Shown here piece after piece: positions 52,046-64,000 of a stretch of 64,000 bases of DNA. The stretch comes from Squalus acanthias (lineage: Eukaryota): positions 116,686,001-116,750,000 of the forward strand of contig CM059432.1 of assembly GCA_030390025.1 (NCBI GenBank). The letters run 5' to 3'. Both the position numbers and the translations under genes were made by a program. Within the stretch, counting starts at the first letter, position 1. Every line of letters starts with the position of its first letter. The notes below the pieces were generated by a model. That model did no database searches and was not told where the DNA came from. It saw only the letters and a program-made list of their open reading frames with translations.

Positions 52046-52119
52046 GCCTTTCGATGACATCTTGCTGTGAAGCTGAAACATTATTTTTACTGTTACCAGA
52101 AAAATTGCTCCACTTATGT
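52046..52119 (+). pseudogene. Possible highly decayed lysyl-tRNA synthetase exon remnant
   Basis: With two 1-nt gaps reads QPFMT...EL...KIAPLMY, similar to KPFITYHNEL...RIAPELY; correct order and strand relative to the exons downstream. Confidence 0.35.
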
Positions 52120-53930
52120 ACCCACACTTTTGAGAGGGAATTGGATATATACTTGAAAGGGAACAGTTTGCAGGGCTATGGGGAAAGAGCAAGGGGTGTG
52201 GGACTAATAGGTCTTTTAAAGAACCGGCAATGGCACCTCCTTCTGTGCCATAAGATTCTATGACTGTCTTCAGTGGCATAACAGGGCCCCAGGCAACCCT
52301 GGTGCAAGAATATGTTAGGGGCCCCTTTCCCGATTCTGAAATCCTGTTGGTTGGGGGAGGGGGGGGGGGGGGTGGGTGCGAGAGGAGAAGAGGACATAGA
52401 CCTCTGTTGAAGAGCTATGGGCTAATGAGAGTTTTTCATCAGCGAGTAATGGTTATAAATTAAAGAATGCCCTTATACTGAACTAGTGCAGCTTGGTTCC
52501 CCAAGTGCAGGCCTTGCATAGATGGTGGCAATGGGTCTTCCTGGTAGCTGGTCGTGTTGAGTCCTGGCAGCTTTACATTTAGTTTGCAGCCAGCTGTGCA
52601 GGATCCCAGACTTGAGGAACCCAGTGGCACTAGCTCACGTCTGGTACAGTGCCTAAAGTGTGAACACTGTCTATTCCAATGTTTACATTTTCCTTAAAGG
52701 GTTTTTGAAGATAAAAGACTCTTTAAATTCAAGTTATCCATATAGAAACATTCTACTTTCAAGTGAATATTTCACTTTGCTATTGGAAATAGTCTATTCA
52801 AGGATAGAACTAGAAAAACTTTCAGTCCAGCGATTGGTAATCTGACAGTCATTTGGCAGCTGAAGAGAACTGACATCCTTTGGTCAGAAATACTTACCAA
52901 GGACAAAGAAATGCACAAAGCAAGGAGTAGACATGAGAATGGGAGCACAATTCAGAATTGCGGACTGCATTAGGGTCACCTGCCCCATTAAAGATGCAAC
53001 AACAGTATTACGTGTTGTCCTTTGCAGCCATTACTTTTCAACAAGAACACCAACTTGCATTTATATAGTGCCTTTAACATAGTGAAACATCCCAAGACGC
53101 TTCACAGGAGCGATTCTCAAACAAAATTTGCCACCGAGCCACATAGGGAGATGTTAGGACAGATGATCAAAAGTGTTGGGGCTTATCATGGTCAGATTCT
53201 TAGGACCAAGGTGAGACAGTATAAATGGCACCCATGCTGATGGAAGAGATGGCAGGTCAAGTAGAGATGACAGAAGCAATCTGTCAATGGTGTGATAGGT
53301 TCTACCAATGAGGTGAGACTGGATGGCGACTTTCTTGCAAATACTTGCAGCCTGTAGAAAGCTAAATGTGTGCTGGGAATGCAGTCAGCAACAGCTTCTG
53401 CCTGAGGAAAGTGATCATCTGTCAAGTGGAAGCTTTTATTGTACATTTCATGCTGTCATCTAATCAGCTGGAGCAATGGCCACTCAACTCCTGCCTCAGG
53501 CTGACAGACGTGGTTCCCGAGCTGCGTGAATTCCGTGGGCAGCCAGGGAAATTTGAAAGGTAGGTTAAAAATGTGCTTAAGGGTCTGACAACAAGGTGAT
53601 AATGAATTGAATTAGGTCGCCCGCCTCTGCCGTTCGGGTCGCTGCTGCACCGACAAACGCGCCCGAGGAAAAGGCGCATAGGAACGGGTTGACAGCGGGT
53701 TCCTGACCCGTCCCAACTTATTTCAAATTTCCCACCCGACCCGTCTCCGATCACGCCCGCACGGACCCCAGTAAATTCCAGCCTATATTTCAAAGGGAAA
53801 TCATTTATATGAGGTAATCTGTAACAAACGATTGTCCCAGTCATCAACAAAAAAACATTATGGGGTTTTCCATTTACAATGAATTTTTTTTTAATGCTTG
53901 CGTTACTCTTCTTTTAAATAATTTTCAATG

Positions 53931-54098
53931 GCATGGTCATGCACATCAGCTGCAAGATTAAATATCATCCAGATGGGCCAGAGCGGGAACCAGTAGAGAT
54001 TGACTTCACAACTCCATTTAAAAGAATACACTTGATGCAGGATCTGGAGCAAGTTCTATAAGTCAAACTACCAGTTCTGGAAATCTTGGAATCAGAGG
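53931..54098 (+). pseudogene. KARS1: Lysyl-tRNA synthetase pseudo-exon
   Basis: [55 protein letters not shown]; in-frame TAA 54059-54061; acceptor reads TG not AG; donor GT at 54099. Confidence 0.9.
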
Positions 54099-54565
54099 GT
54101 GTGTGGTATTGCAACTGTTAAAGGGTAGGCCCTGATTAGTCTGGCACAGTAAAGGTTATATAAGGTATTTAAGGATGAAGAAACAACATGGATCAGCACC
54201 AAATATCATAAGATCAGAAGTTAGGCAGTCCAGTACATCTAGTAGGAGGGAGCTCAAACCCCAAAGAACCCTGAGAATGAATTCCAATTTCCATAGTCAT
54301 TTAGACCTCAATCGCTTTAATAATAAGAGATTCTAACTTGTGCTCCTACATGCAGATGGGGGAAGGGAAGTTTCCTTTAAAAAATATGTAAATGTGATAT
54401 TTCTCAGCTATAATGATCAAAAGTGCATCTTGCTTGTGGTATTCATAAAAGTAATGGGCAGTTATTCACAGTAGGCAACATATCCAGCAGTGCGCTGACA
54501 CTGATACCTGCATTTGTATTCTACTCCAGCTATTAACATGGGCAAGCTTATTTTTCTTATTACAG

Positions 54566-54654
54566 AGGCCCAGCAGTTTTTTTTTGATAAACTGTGTGCT
54601 GAAAAAGGAGTAGAGTGTTCTCACCCAATGACTACAGCACGACTACTTGACAAA
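54566..54654 (+). pseudogene. KARS1: Lysyl-tRNA synthetase pseudo-exon
   Basis: TTACAG|...EAQQFFFDKLCAEKGVECSHPMTTARLLDK|GTATG; TTARLLDK is diagnostic of eukaryotic LysRS. Confidence 0.92.
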
Positions 54655-55444
54655 GTATGCGCACATATATATTCAGTCCATAAATGTAAGAAAATAAAAT
54701 TCATCAGTCATTTTAGGTAGTTTGTTCTCGGGGAAACGGGGGATATATCTCGGATTAACTGGGCAGAAAGGAATGTGGTAATGTGGAAAATGAAGTACTT
54801 ATTTTTAAAGAATTTATTTAAATCTGAGTACACTCCTTTCAAGATAAGAGAACTCATCACAAGTTTGCATTGGACCCCATTTTTATAATCAGCCTGACAG
54901 AGTTTTTTTAAAACCAATTTAAACACATTCCATACTGAAACTATATATAACGAAAGCAAGATGTTAATCAGTCTTACTGAACATTGTATAGGGGAAAACA
55001 AATTAAGCACATTCCCACCTTCCTTCATCCACTTGTAGGTTTGACTTATATCCCAACAGGTGCAAGTTAATATATTTCAATAGTTTTCAAATTATCCTAT
55101 GTGGGAACCTCTGCAAATACTGAAATACTTCCAAAAACTTCCATCCTAACATGCAAAAGCAATCCAAAGGCAGACAATACTATCATTGAGGTATTTCTCA
55201 TTGGTGTATAGCAACAGACGTACAGAGGGGTGGTCGCCCAAGGAAGGCCCAATGCTTCCTTGCGAGACCCGAAGGAGCCCCTCCCGGCCCACGAGGAAAC
55301 CTGAAAAATAAATGTAAAAACTTACCTTCTGGGCCTCTTCTTGCTCAGGATCCAGCTCCCAGCAGCTTTTACCTGATGGGGAAGCTGACACTACCCATCC
55401 CCCCTTCCCTACTCTGGCCTCAGCTTGAAATTGCAGATCTTTTT

Positions 55445-55765
55445 TTATTCGTTCCTGGGATGTGGGCGTCACCGGCAAGGCCAGCATTTATTGCCCATCC
55501 CTAGTTGCCCTTGAGAAGGTGGTGGTGAGCCACCTTCTTGAACCGCTGCAGTCCGTGTGGTGAAGGTACTCCCACAGTGCTGTTAGGGAGGGAGTTCCAG
55601 GATTTTGACCCAGCGACGATGAAGGATCGGCGATATACTTTCAAGTCAGGATGGTGTGTGACTTGGAGGGGAACATTGGAGGTGGTGGTGTTCCCATGCG
55701 CCTGCTGCCCTTGTCCTTCTAGGTGGTAGAGGTTCGGGAGTTTGGGAGGTGCTATTGAAGAAGGT
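55445..55765 (-). mobile_element. LINE family B 3' tail
   Basis: Reverse complement of 63670-63970. Confidence 0.85.
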
Positions 55766-56413
55766 CCTGCTGATCATCGGACCCGATCTACTTATTTAAA
55801 ACAGGACTCTGTTTTCTTTCTGCGGGGTGACCTGCTCGCCTGCTCAAAAGAGCAGGTTAATATGGGGACACGGCAGGAAGAAAGCAGGATCGGTGGGGGG
55901 TAAGTGACTCCCGTTATTTTAACTTTAATTTCTTCACTCAGAGGGTGGTGAAACTTTGGAATTCTCTACCCCAGAGGGCTGTGGAGGCTCAGTCGTTGAG
56001 TATATTCAAGATAGAGATCGATAGATTTTGGAATATTAAGGGAATCAAGGGATATGGGGATAATGTGGGAAAGTGGAGATGAGGTAGAAGATCAGCCAAA
56101 TGGCCTACTCCTGCTCCTATTTCTTATGTTTCTTGTGACTTCATTTCAAATTGGTTCCTGGGACAATTGATTTTTTTTAGAGCATGTCCTAGGACAGGAG
56201 TGGGCCAGGTTATTTATTTCACTGATGTGTTGGAGTAAGATTCCTTACTTAAACTGCACTTACATGCTTTTTTTCCTGCTTTAATATCACTGTTTAAGAA
56301 ATTAAAGAATGAGAAAAGGCCATTTTTTTATCAACCACTTTCAACAGCCCAGTGTAACTTGCAGTGTTGTATACTTTTCCCGTGTTATTTTATTTCCTGA
56401 GGGGAGTCAATAA

Positions 56414-58047
56414 TGTAGAATTCGCAAAATTATCGCGATTTTATAAAAATAAGAAGGAGACATAAAGTTTCGTATAAACAGCTTTATTTCAGCAGAATGC
56501 TGTCAGGTTTCAAAACGGACACAAACAGCCTGTAAAATGGCCGCCACGCCTCGTGGCAGAAAGTTCTAGACTTTCAGTAGGCAGACAAGATGGCGTTTCA
56601 ATAAACATTTCAGCAAGATCGAACAGGACTCAGAACATTTAAAATAATGACAAGACATGATGGGTTTGCATTTTAAACATAAATACTGAAATCGGTCTCG
56701 CAGGTGCAAACAAGGGCTATTGTACTGAGCGATCAAGGACTCATCCAAAGACATTAATATGCAAAATCCCCACGGCTCTACGATGAGAGAGCCGTTCACG
56801 GGTACTCACAGCAAGCATTTGGAAGCCCCAAAACCCCTCCAGGGACACTACTAGCCGGTTCCACAATGGGAGAAATATTAACGGGTACTCAGACAGTTAC
56901 AAGTGTCACCGAAACCCATTAAAGACTGAGATCACCCCATACAAGAAGTTTGAGCGCCAAAAACCTGACAAAAGATAGACATTAAGATTGGGCGGGAAAA
57001 GAGGAATTACAGCACTATAACTGTAAAGTACAACCGTCCATCTTTCTCTTGCTGCTTTGACTTGCTGGAAGGCTGCGGAACTTTTATTCTCTTGCCTGAC
57101 GACTCTGGACTCTGATCCGCTAGGATCAACCTCGTGGCTTGCCGCGAAGATCTGTGGAGAACTGGGCTGTGAAGGCCTGGAAGCGGGCGCACCATCCTGA
57201 GAAGTCGGTAAACGGTGTTGGAACCGAAGGCCCGAGAGGAGATGAGATGAGATGAGATGAGAAGAGAAGAAGACGACAATACGTATCGCCACGGTCAGTA
57301 AGCCCCGACCGCGCCTGTAAGTCGATTAAACACTTCTTTGAATTCTACCGACTTCTTCACAACTGGCCCAGGAAGACCCTTCTTCGAGTTCTATCGAACC
57401 GGTGTAGGACACAGGAAGACTCTTTTTTTGAGTAGTATCAGAACTCCGAGGGCAACACAGATCTTCATGACAGCAGACGGTCCAGCCTGCTAGCCGGAGC
57501 AGAAACGAGTAAACAAGTGGGGTACAGAGACCCCTGATCAACACGTGGATAGTCAGGTGTTGCGGTAAAAACATCCGAGCAGAGTTTCGGAATTCTCCGA
57601 GTTATCACGAGTGGTGAGCATGAGTCTCGATCCTACAAATCTAGATTAGGACAGGTATTGATAGGGGAGGGTTTAAGTTTTAAGGATAATTATAATGTGT
57701 GTCCCCTTTTACGATGTGTCGTGCGCTCCTCGTTTCCCTAAAATTAGTTTCACAACTGTGTGTAAGATTGTACTGTCATTAATCTGTGCTTATGACATGT
57801 ATCTCGTAATCTTGAATAATATGCAATAAAGATTTTCCATTTCGCACTATTCAACCGGGTCTACCTGAGTTTTCTCTGCATTATTGCTCTCGCACCTAAG
57901 TCCAGTGTCAGAACCGTAAGGGCGAGTGGGTCGAACCACTCACAGGTGTCTAGTGTTACCAGGCTGGCTGGAGACCAGAACAGGCAAGAAGGCCTAACCC
58001 CGCACTAGCACTCAGGCTAAGCACAGAGCCACACGTCACCCCTTACA
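56414..58047 (+). mobile_element. Solo LTR (1634 bp) with 4-bp TSD
   Basis: TGTA...TACA termini; ATAA on both flanks (56410-56413, 58048-58051); AATAAA at 57825-57830; internal (GAGAT)n at ~57238. Confidence 0.85.
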
Positions 58048-58249
58048 ATAACCACAGGTGGAAGGAGCTAAAGATTTGTGAAACATTTCTTTGTTTGCCT
58101 AATGTAATCTAGGTTGGACACCATCCACACCTTTGATTGCCGTGATTGTCTCTCTGCCGAGGTGTGATAAAGGGCAGTTAGAAAGATTAATTGTAGTCGT
58201 CTGGCATTGTTCTCTGACTATATATGCTGTGCCCATATGTATTTCTTCA

Positions 58250-58374
58250 CTTCACCTGACGAAGGAGCAGCGCTCCGAAAGCTTGTGATTTCAAATAAAG
58301 CTGTTGGACTATAACCTGGTGTTGTGCGACTTCTCACTTTTGTCCACCCCAGTCCAACACCGGCATCTCCGCAT
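58250..58374 (+). mobile_element. Penelope-type fragment with minimal hammerhead motif
   Basis: TCACCTGACGAAGGAGCAGCGCTCCGAAAGCTTGTGA...CCAGTCCAACACCGGCATCTCCGCAT. Confidence 0.8.
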
Positions 58375-58435
58375 AATGTAATCTAGTAATTGTATGTTGC
58401 TGTTGCTGACTTATATAAAAAAATCTTTCAATTAG

Positions 58436-58505
58436 TTGATTGGAGAATTTCTGGAAGTGAGCTGGTATTGACTCTATATGTGATCAGCTGCCCTCTGGCT
58501 AAATG
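58436..58505 (+). pseudogene. KARS1: Lysyl-tRNA synthetase pseudo-exon, frameshifted
   Basis: TTAG|LIGEFLEVS, then ICDQ and PLAKW|GT in other frames; shorter than the [29 protein letters not shown] exon. Confidence 0.88.
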
Positions 58506-59728
58506 GTATTTTTTTAAATTCATTCATGGGATGTGGGCGTCGCTGGCAAGGCCAGCATTTATTGCCCATCCTTGCCTTGTCTTGTTAATTGCTGTACAAA
58601 CCCAAGGAAACATTGTGCGAAAAAGGACACACCTCTGTCAGACTAATTGATTGCGCACAGCAAGCCAAGACCAAGTGTAGTGTTTAGGTGATGCACGATG
58701 GGGGAGGAAGGGGGTAGGGTGAGAAAGGCAGGGTATAACTGGAATAGGCCCAAGGGAGGAGTGTGACCCTGAAGTCTAAAAGAGGCCAGAGGAGGAAAGT
58801 AGAGTGAGGTGGGAGAGAAGGGGAAGGTTGACCAGGATTCGAGGTTCTGGGCTGGAAGGTACAGGAAGGATTAGAGGCCAGGGTAGGGTAGAGAATGGTT
58901 AGAGAAGGTGGAGTAGGGTTTGAGGTCAGGAGAGGGGGAGGGGAAAGGTAGAGTACAGTTTGGAGCTGGGGAAGGGATCATTATTATATGAGGCTCAGTG
59001 TTACTGAAAGTTGGGGCTGAAGCCAGTGGGGTGAGAGAGCAGGGGCATTAGACACAGAGAGGAACGAGGAAGGGGTGAGGGGATTGGATGGAGAAGGGTG
59101 GCTTTTTACTTTATTTTCTGTAAAATGTCATACAGTCAGTCTATATGTGTTCTATACTTAAATAATATATTACATATGATTTAAAGAAACATTGGTGTAG
59201 AAATTCATTGGCAACCAGTTTCGGGTGCAAAGGCAGGAATACAGTCACAAAGCGCCCAAACTGCTGGCCCGAAATTGGGCCTGGTACCTCGCCCATTTTA
59301 ACTCAATGAATTTCAGGCCGCTTGCCTCACTGGCTGTGGGCCGAAGGTAAGTCCCGGGAGCTGGGGAGGACCGGCAACAGGGGAGGGGGTTTGGGGGAGG
59401 GGGCAAGGGCCAACGTGAGCACTGTGCAGTCGGGGCAGCACTTGTGCTTTTCCTGGCTCCACAGGAACAAATTGATAAAAATAGAATTACTTTTGGTGGC
59501 TGTCGCTGCTTAGGTTACAGCGACCGGTGAAGAATCCACCGGAATCCAATTTCACAGAGTGGGCCTAAAACAGTCATTAGGCCCCCTCATTTACATACGT
59601 AAGGAGCATAACGCCTGTTTTAGGTGGCTGCCAGGGGCGCCTGAAATATCGGCCGACTCAATATCTGGTCGGACATCTTTCAGGAGTTCTTGGGGCATAG
59701 GACATCGGTCCCCAAAATTGGACTTATT

Positions 59729-60471
59729 GGCCCAAAAATTCGTGAGGAAGCCTTCGTGCGAGGGTAAGGCCTCCCCGTGATCTCTCACTCCGCGTTGGCT
59801 TTTTCAGTTCCAGCTCGCACGAACTTGATGTTCTAGACAGCTGCTGTGCTGGGCTTGCGTATCCCACCGGCGTAGTTAATTCGTGCGAGCTGTGGGATCA
59901 CGTGACTCAGTTAGAGCCAATGGCAGCACACCATCTTCCATTCATAACTTTCACATAAGTGCTGTGAAAGTTATGAATACTATAGCCCCCCAAAAGAACC
60001 GCTAAACCTCAATTAAATTTTAAAAAAACCATCACATTAATAAAATAAGTATAGTTAAATAAATTAACCATTTTAAATAAAAAATTAAATTTTTGAAAAA
60101 ATTTTAAAATCTTTTAAAAAGTTATAAAAATAAACTTACCTGTCTTTAAAGTCTCTAAAACAGATATACCTGTTAAAAAAAATTCAAAATAATACTTAAT
60201 TCACTACTTACCTTGTTAAAAGTGGGTCTTACTCCTCCTTTTTTTATGTGTAGAATCTCCCGTACTTACCTGCGCGTTGAAACCACTAAGTGCACAGCGT
60301 GCGCGCAGCCTGTAGCGCGCACGCGGTTCACTTAGGACCCGCCCCCTTTTCCATTCACCAAGTGCCGGTTTTCAGCGCATGGGCAGTGCATGCAGAAAAC
60401 CAGCAATTGGAGACAGAATACGCGAGAGTACGCAGTGCGTACTCTCGCGTAGCGGCACTAATTTTTGGGCC
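59729..60471. mobile_element. PIF/Harbinger-like MITE (distant M1 relative, opposite orientation)
   Basis: Perfect 12-bp TIR GGCCCAAAAATT; ATT on both flanks; AT-rich core. Confidence 0.88.
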
Positions 60472-61159
60472 ATTGTACCTGTTTTATGCTGTGAAACAGG
60501 TGCAGTGAAGTCCAATTTCTACCCCCTTAGATATATGATATATTTAAATGATAATATATTGTATAAAATATCATTATATATAAAACTTATGTAGCAGGGC
60601 TGGATGTAGATAGCAGCTGAGCTGATGATTGGGGGCAGTGGGTAGTAAGGTGCAAGAGTGGGGCTGATAGTGAAGACTAGGGAGAGACCAGGTGGTGTTT
60701 GAGTGACTGAAAAAGAGTCCAGGAACACAAGTCAAAGCTGCAGTGCTGAAAGGGCAGGAACAGGATGGGAAGTGGCTGACGCCTGGAGAGTGGAATCACG
60801 GAGCAGAATACTACAGGCTAAAAACAGCCCACAACATGCTTACGGATAAAAAAAATATGAAACCACAAAATAAAAATAAACCTAGAGGCCTGCAAGTGGA
60901 AGGAAACAGAAGGTCACGGAGAACGGGAATGGGACAGACCCATGGCCAATGGTAGCGACAGGACACAGAAATCTTGAAAATGCCCAAAGGGGAGCTCCAG
61001 GAAACCTATAAAGGGCAGAACTGTAAATAACGGGCAAATAACGGAACATACGAAAATGATGGGCAGGAAAAGACCAGCGCATAGCTTAAATGCATGAGCC
61101 CTGGTCCTCCCCAATCTGTCAAACGGAAGTAATTTATCAGTGGGCACACAATCCAGCCC

Positions 61160-61612
61160 TTAGCAGTTGGTAGCACCCTTGCCTCCTGAGTCAGACGGTT
61201 GTGGGTTCAAGTCCCGCTCCAGAGACTTGAGCACATAAAGCTAGGCTGACACTCCAGTGCAGTGCTGAGGGAGTGCTGCACTGTCGGAGGTGCCGTCTTT
61301 CGAATGAGACGTTAAACCGAGGCCCTGTCTGCTCTCTCAGGTGGACGTAAAAGATCCCATGGCACGATTTTGAAGAAGAAATGGGGCATTATCCCCGGTG
61401 TCCTGGCCAATATTTCTCCCTTAACCACCAAAAACAGATTATCAGGTCATTATCACATTGCTGTTTCTCGAATCTTGCTGTGCGCAGATTGGCTGCCGTG
61501 TTTCCTACATTACAACAGTGACTACACTTCAAAAGTACTTCATTGGCTGTAAAGCGCTTTGAGACGTCCGGTGGTCATGAAAAGGGCTATAAAAATGCAA
61601 GTCTTTCTTTTT
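61160..61612 (+). mobile_element. tRNA-derived DeuSINE-like element
   Basis: B-box GGTTCAAGTCC; colinear with 22011-22455. Confidence 0.85.
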
Positions 61613-61884
61613 TCATTATTTAATATACCTCTATCAGGTCACCTCTAAGTCTTTAAAGTAAATAGACCCACCTCTTTAAACCTATCTGAGTAACTAAGGT
61701 TCTTTAAACTGGGAATGATTCTTGTGGCTCTCCTCTGAACCTTTTCCAAGGCCACTATAACACCCACCATATGAGAGGACCAAAACTGGCTGCAGTGCTC
61801 TCGGGGGGTGGTGGGGGGGCAATTTTAATCCAACTCACTCAGCAGAAACTTGGCAGGTGAGCAGTTAAAATTGCCCTGGCTTAA

Positions 61885-63970
61885 CCTATCCGAAGTTCTG
61901 CAGCAGCAGAATTGTACTCCACCACAATCTGTAAACTCATGGCCCGGTATAACCCTCACTCTACCATTACCATCAAGCCAGGGGACCAACCCTGGTTCAA
62001 TAAGGAGTGTAGAAGAGCATGCCAGGAGCAGCACCAGGCGTACCTAAAAATGAGGTGCTAACCTGAGGAAGCTGCAACACAGGACTACATGCATGCTAAA
62101 AAAATGGAAGCAGCATGCTATAGACAGGGCTAAGCGATCCCACAATCAACGGATCAGATCAAAACTCTGCAGTCCTGCCACATCCAGTCGTGAATGGTGG
62201 TGGACCATTAAACAACTAATGGGAGGCGAAGGCTCTACGAACATCCCCATCCTCAATGATGGTGGAGCCCAGAACGCGAGTGCAAAAGACAAGGCTGAAG
62301 TGTTTGCAACCATCTTCAGCCAGAAGTGCCAAGTGGATGATCTGTATCGGCCTCCTCCTGAGGTCCCCACCATCACAAAAGCCAGTCTTCAGCTAATTCA
62401 ATTCACTCCACGTGATATCAAGAAACGGCTGAACGCACTGGATACAGCAAAGACTATGGGCCTCGACAACATCCTGGCTGTTGTGCTGAAGACTTGTGCT
62501 CCAGAACTAGCCGCGCATCTAGCCAAGCTGTTCCAGTATAGCTACAACAGTGGCATCTACCCGATAATGTGGAAAACTGCCCAGGTATGTCCTGCCCACA
62601 AAAAACAGGACAAATCTAATCCAGCCAATTACCACCCCTCAGTCTACTCTCAATCATCAGCAAAGTGATGGAAGGTGTTGTCCACAGTGCTATCAAGCGG
62701 CACTTACTCACCAATAACCTGCTCACTGATGCTCAGTTTTGGTTCTGCCAGGACCACTCGGCTCCAGACCTCATTAAAGCCTTGGTCCAAACATAGACAA
62801 AAGAGCTGATATCCAGAGTTGAGGTGAGAGTGATTGGCCTTGACATCAAGTTGCATTTGACCGAGTGTGGCATCAAGGAACCCTAGTAAAATTGAATTCA
62901 GTGGGAATCAGGGGGAAAACTCTCCACTGGTTGTAGTCATACCTAACACAAAGGAAAATGGTTGTGGTTGTTGGAGGCCAATCATCTCAGCCCCAGGACA
63001 TTGCTGCAGGAGTTCCTCAGGGCAGTGTCGTAGGCCCAACCATCTTCAGCTGCTTCATCAATGACCTTCCCTCCATCATAAGGTTAGAAGTGGGGATGTT
63101 CGCTGATGATTGCAGTGTTCAGCGCCATTCACAACTCCTCAGATAATGAAGCTGTCCATGACTGAATGCAGCAAGACCTTTACGACATTTAGGCTTGGGC
63201 TGATAAGTGGCAAGTAACATTCAAGTCACACAAGTGCCAGGCAATGACTATCTCCAACAAGAGGGAGTCTAACCACCACCTGTTGACATTGAATGGCATT
63301 ACCATCGTCAAATCCCCCACCATCAACATCCTGGGGGTTACCACTGACCAGAAACTTAACTAGACCAGCCACATAAATAGCCATAGGTCAGAGACTGGGT
63401 ATTCTGCGACGAGTGTCTCACCTCCTGACTTCCCAAAGTCTTTCCACCATCTACAACGCACAAGTCAGGAGTGTGATGGAATACTCTCCACTAGCCTGGA
63501 TGAGTGCAGCTCCAACAACACTCAAGAAGCTCGACACCATCCAGAACAAAGCAGCCCACTTGATTGGCACCCCATCAACCACCTTAAACATTCACTCCCT
63601 CCTCCACCAGCGCACCATGGCTGCAGTGTGTACCATCTACAAGATGCACTGCAGCAACTCACCAAGGCTTCATCAACAGCACCTCCCAAACCCGCGACCT
63701 CTACCACCTAGAAGGACAAGGGCAACAAGTGCATGGGAACACCACCACCTCCAATTTCCCCTCCAAGTCACACACCATCCTGACTTGGAACTATATCGCT
63801 GTTCCTTCATCGTCACTGGGTCAAAATCCTGGAACTTCCTCCCTAACTGTGGGAGTACCTTCACCACACGGACTGCAGCGGTTCAAGAAGGTGGCTCACC
63901 ACCACCTTCTCAAGGGCAACTAGGGATGGGCAATAAAGGCTGGCCTTGCCAGCGATGCCCACATCCCAGG
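61885..63970 (+). mobile_element. LINE family B, 5'-truncated with disrupted RT
   Basis: LKTCAPELAAHLAKLF, GVPQGSVVGPTIF, MFADD; several stops and frameshifts; tail GGGCAATAAA..GGCCTTGCCAGCG. Confidence 0.92.
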
Positions 63971-64000
63971 TGCCCGGAGCCCGGAGTCCTTCTTTACATA

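Noticed and set aside
52925..52980. Possible remnant of the missing KARS1 exon (QFR or HNSE-like words)
   Set aside because: Two incompatible weak alignments and no splice sites; not supportable by eye.

Overview
Repeat-dense vertebrate genomic DNA; the repeat families resemble those of cartilaginous fish (inference, not a database result). Host content: (1) two spliceable minus-strand coding exons (12744-12849, 6835-6979) of an uncharacterised Trp-rich multi-pass membrane protein (fish si:ch211-161h7.5/TspO-like family), whose candidate promoter and non-coding first exon lie in a tandem triplication at 25.6-29.6 kb; (2) three plus-strand exons of a decayed, intron-containing lysyl-tRNA synthetase (KARS1) copy at 53.9-58.5 kb. 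The rest is mostly mobile DNA: a near full-length CR1 LINE with a 69-bp monomer array in its 5' UTR, many CR1/L2-group fragments, tRNA-derived SINEs, PIF/Harbinger-type MITEs, Penelope-type fragments with minimal hammerhead ribozyme motifs, and two ~1.63-kb solo LTRs with conserved structured motifs. Most ORF-track entries are transposon fragments or noise. No rRNA, tRNA or CRISPR array was found. Coordinates were read by eye and repeat boundaries are approximate.
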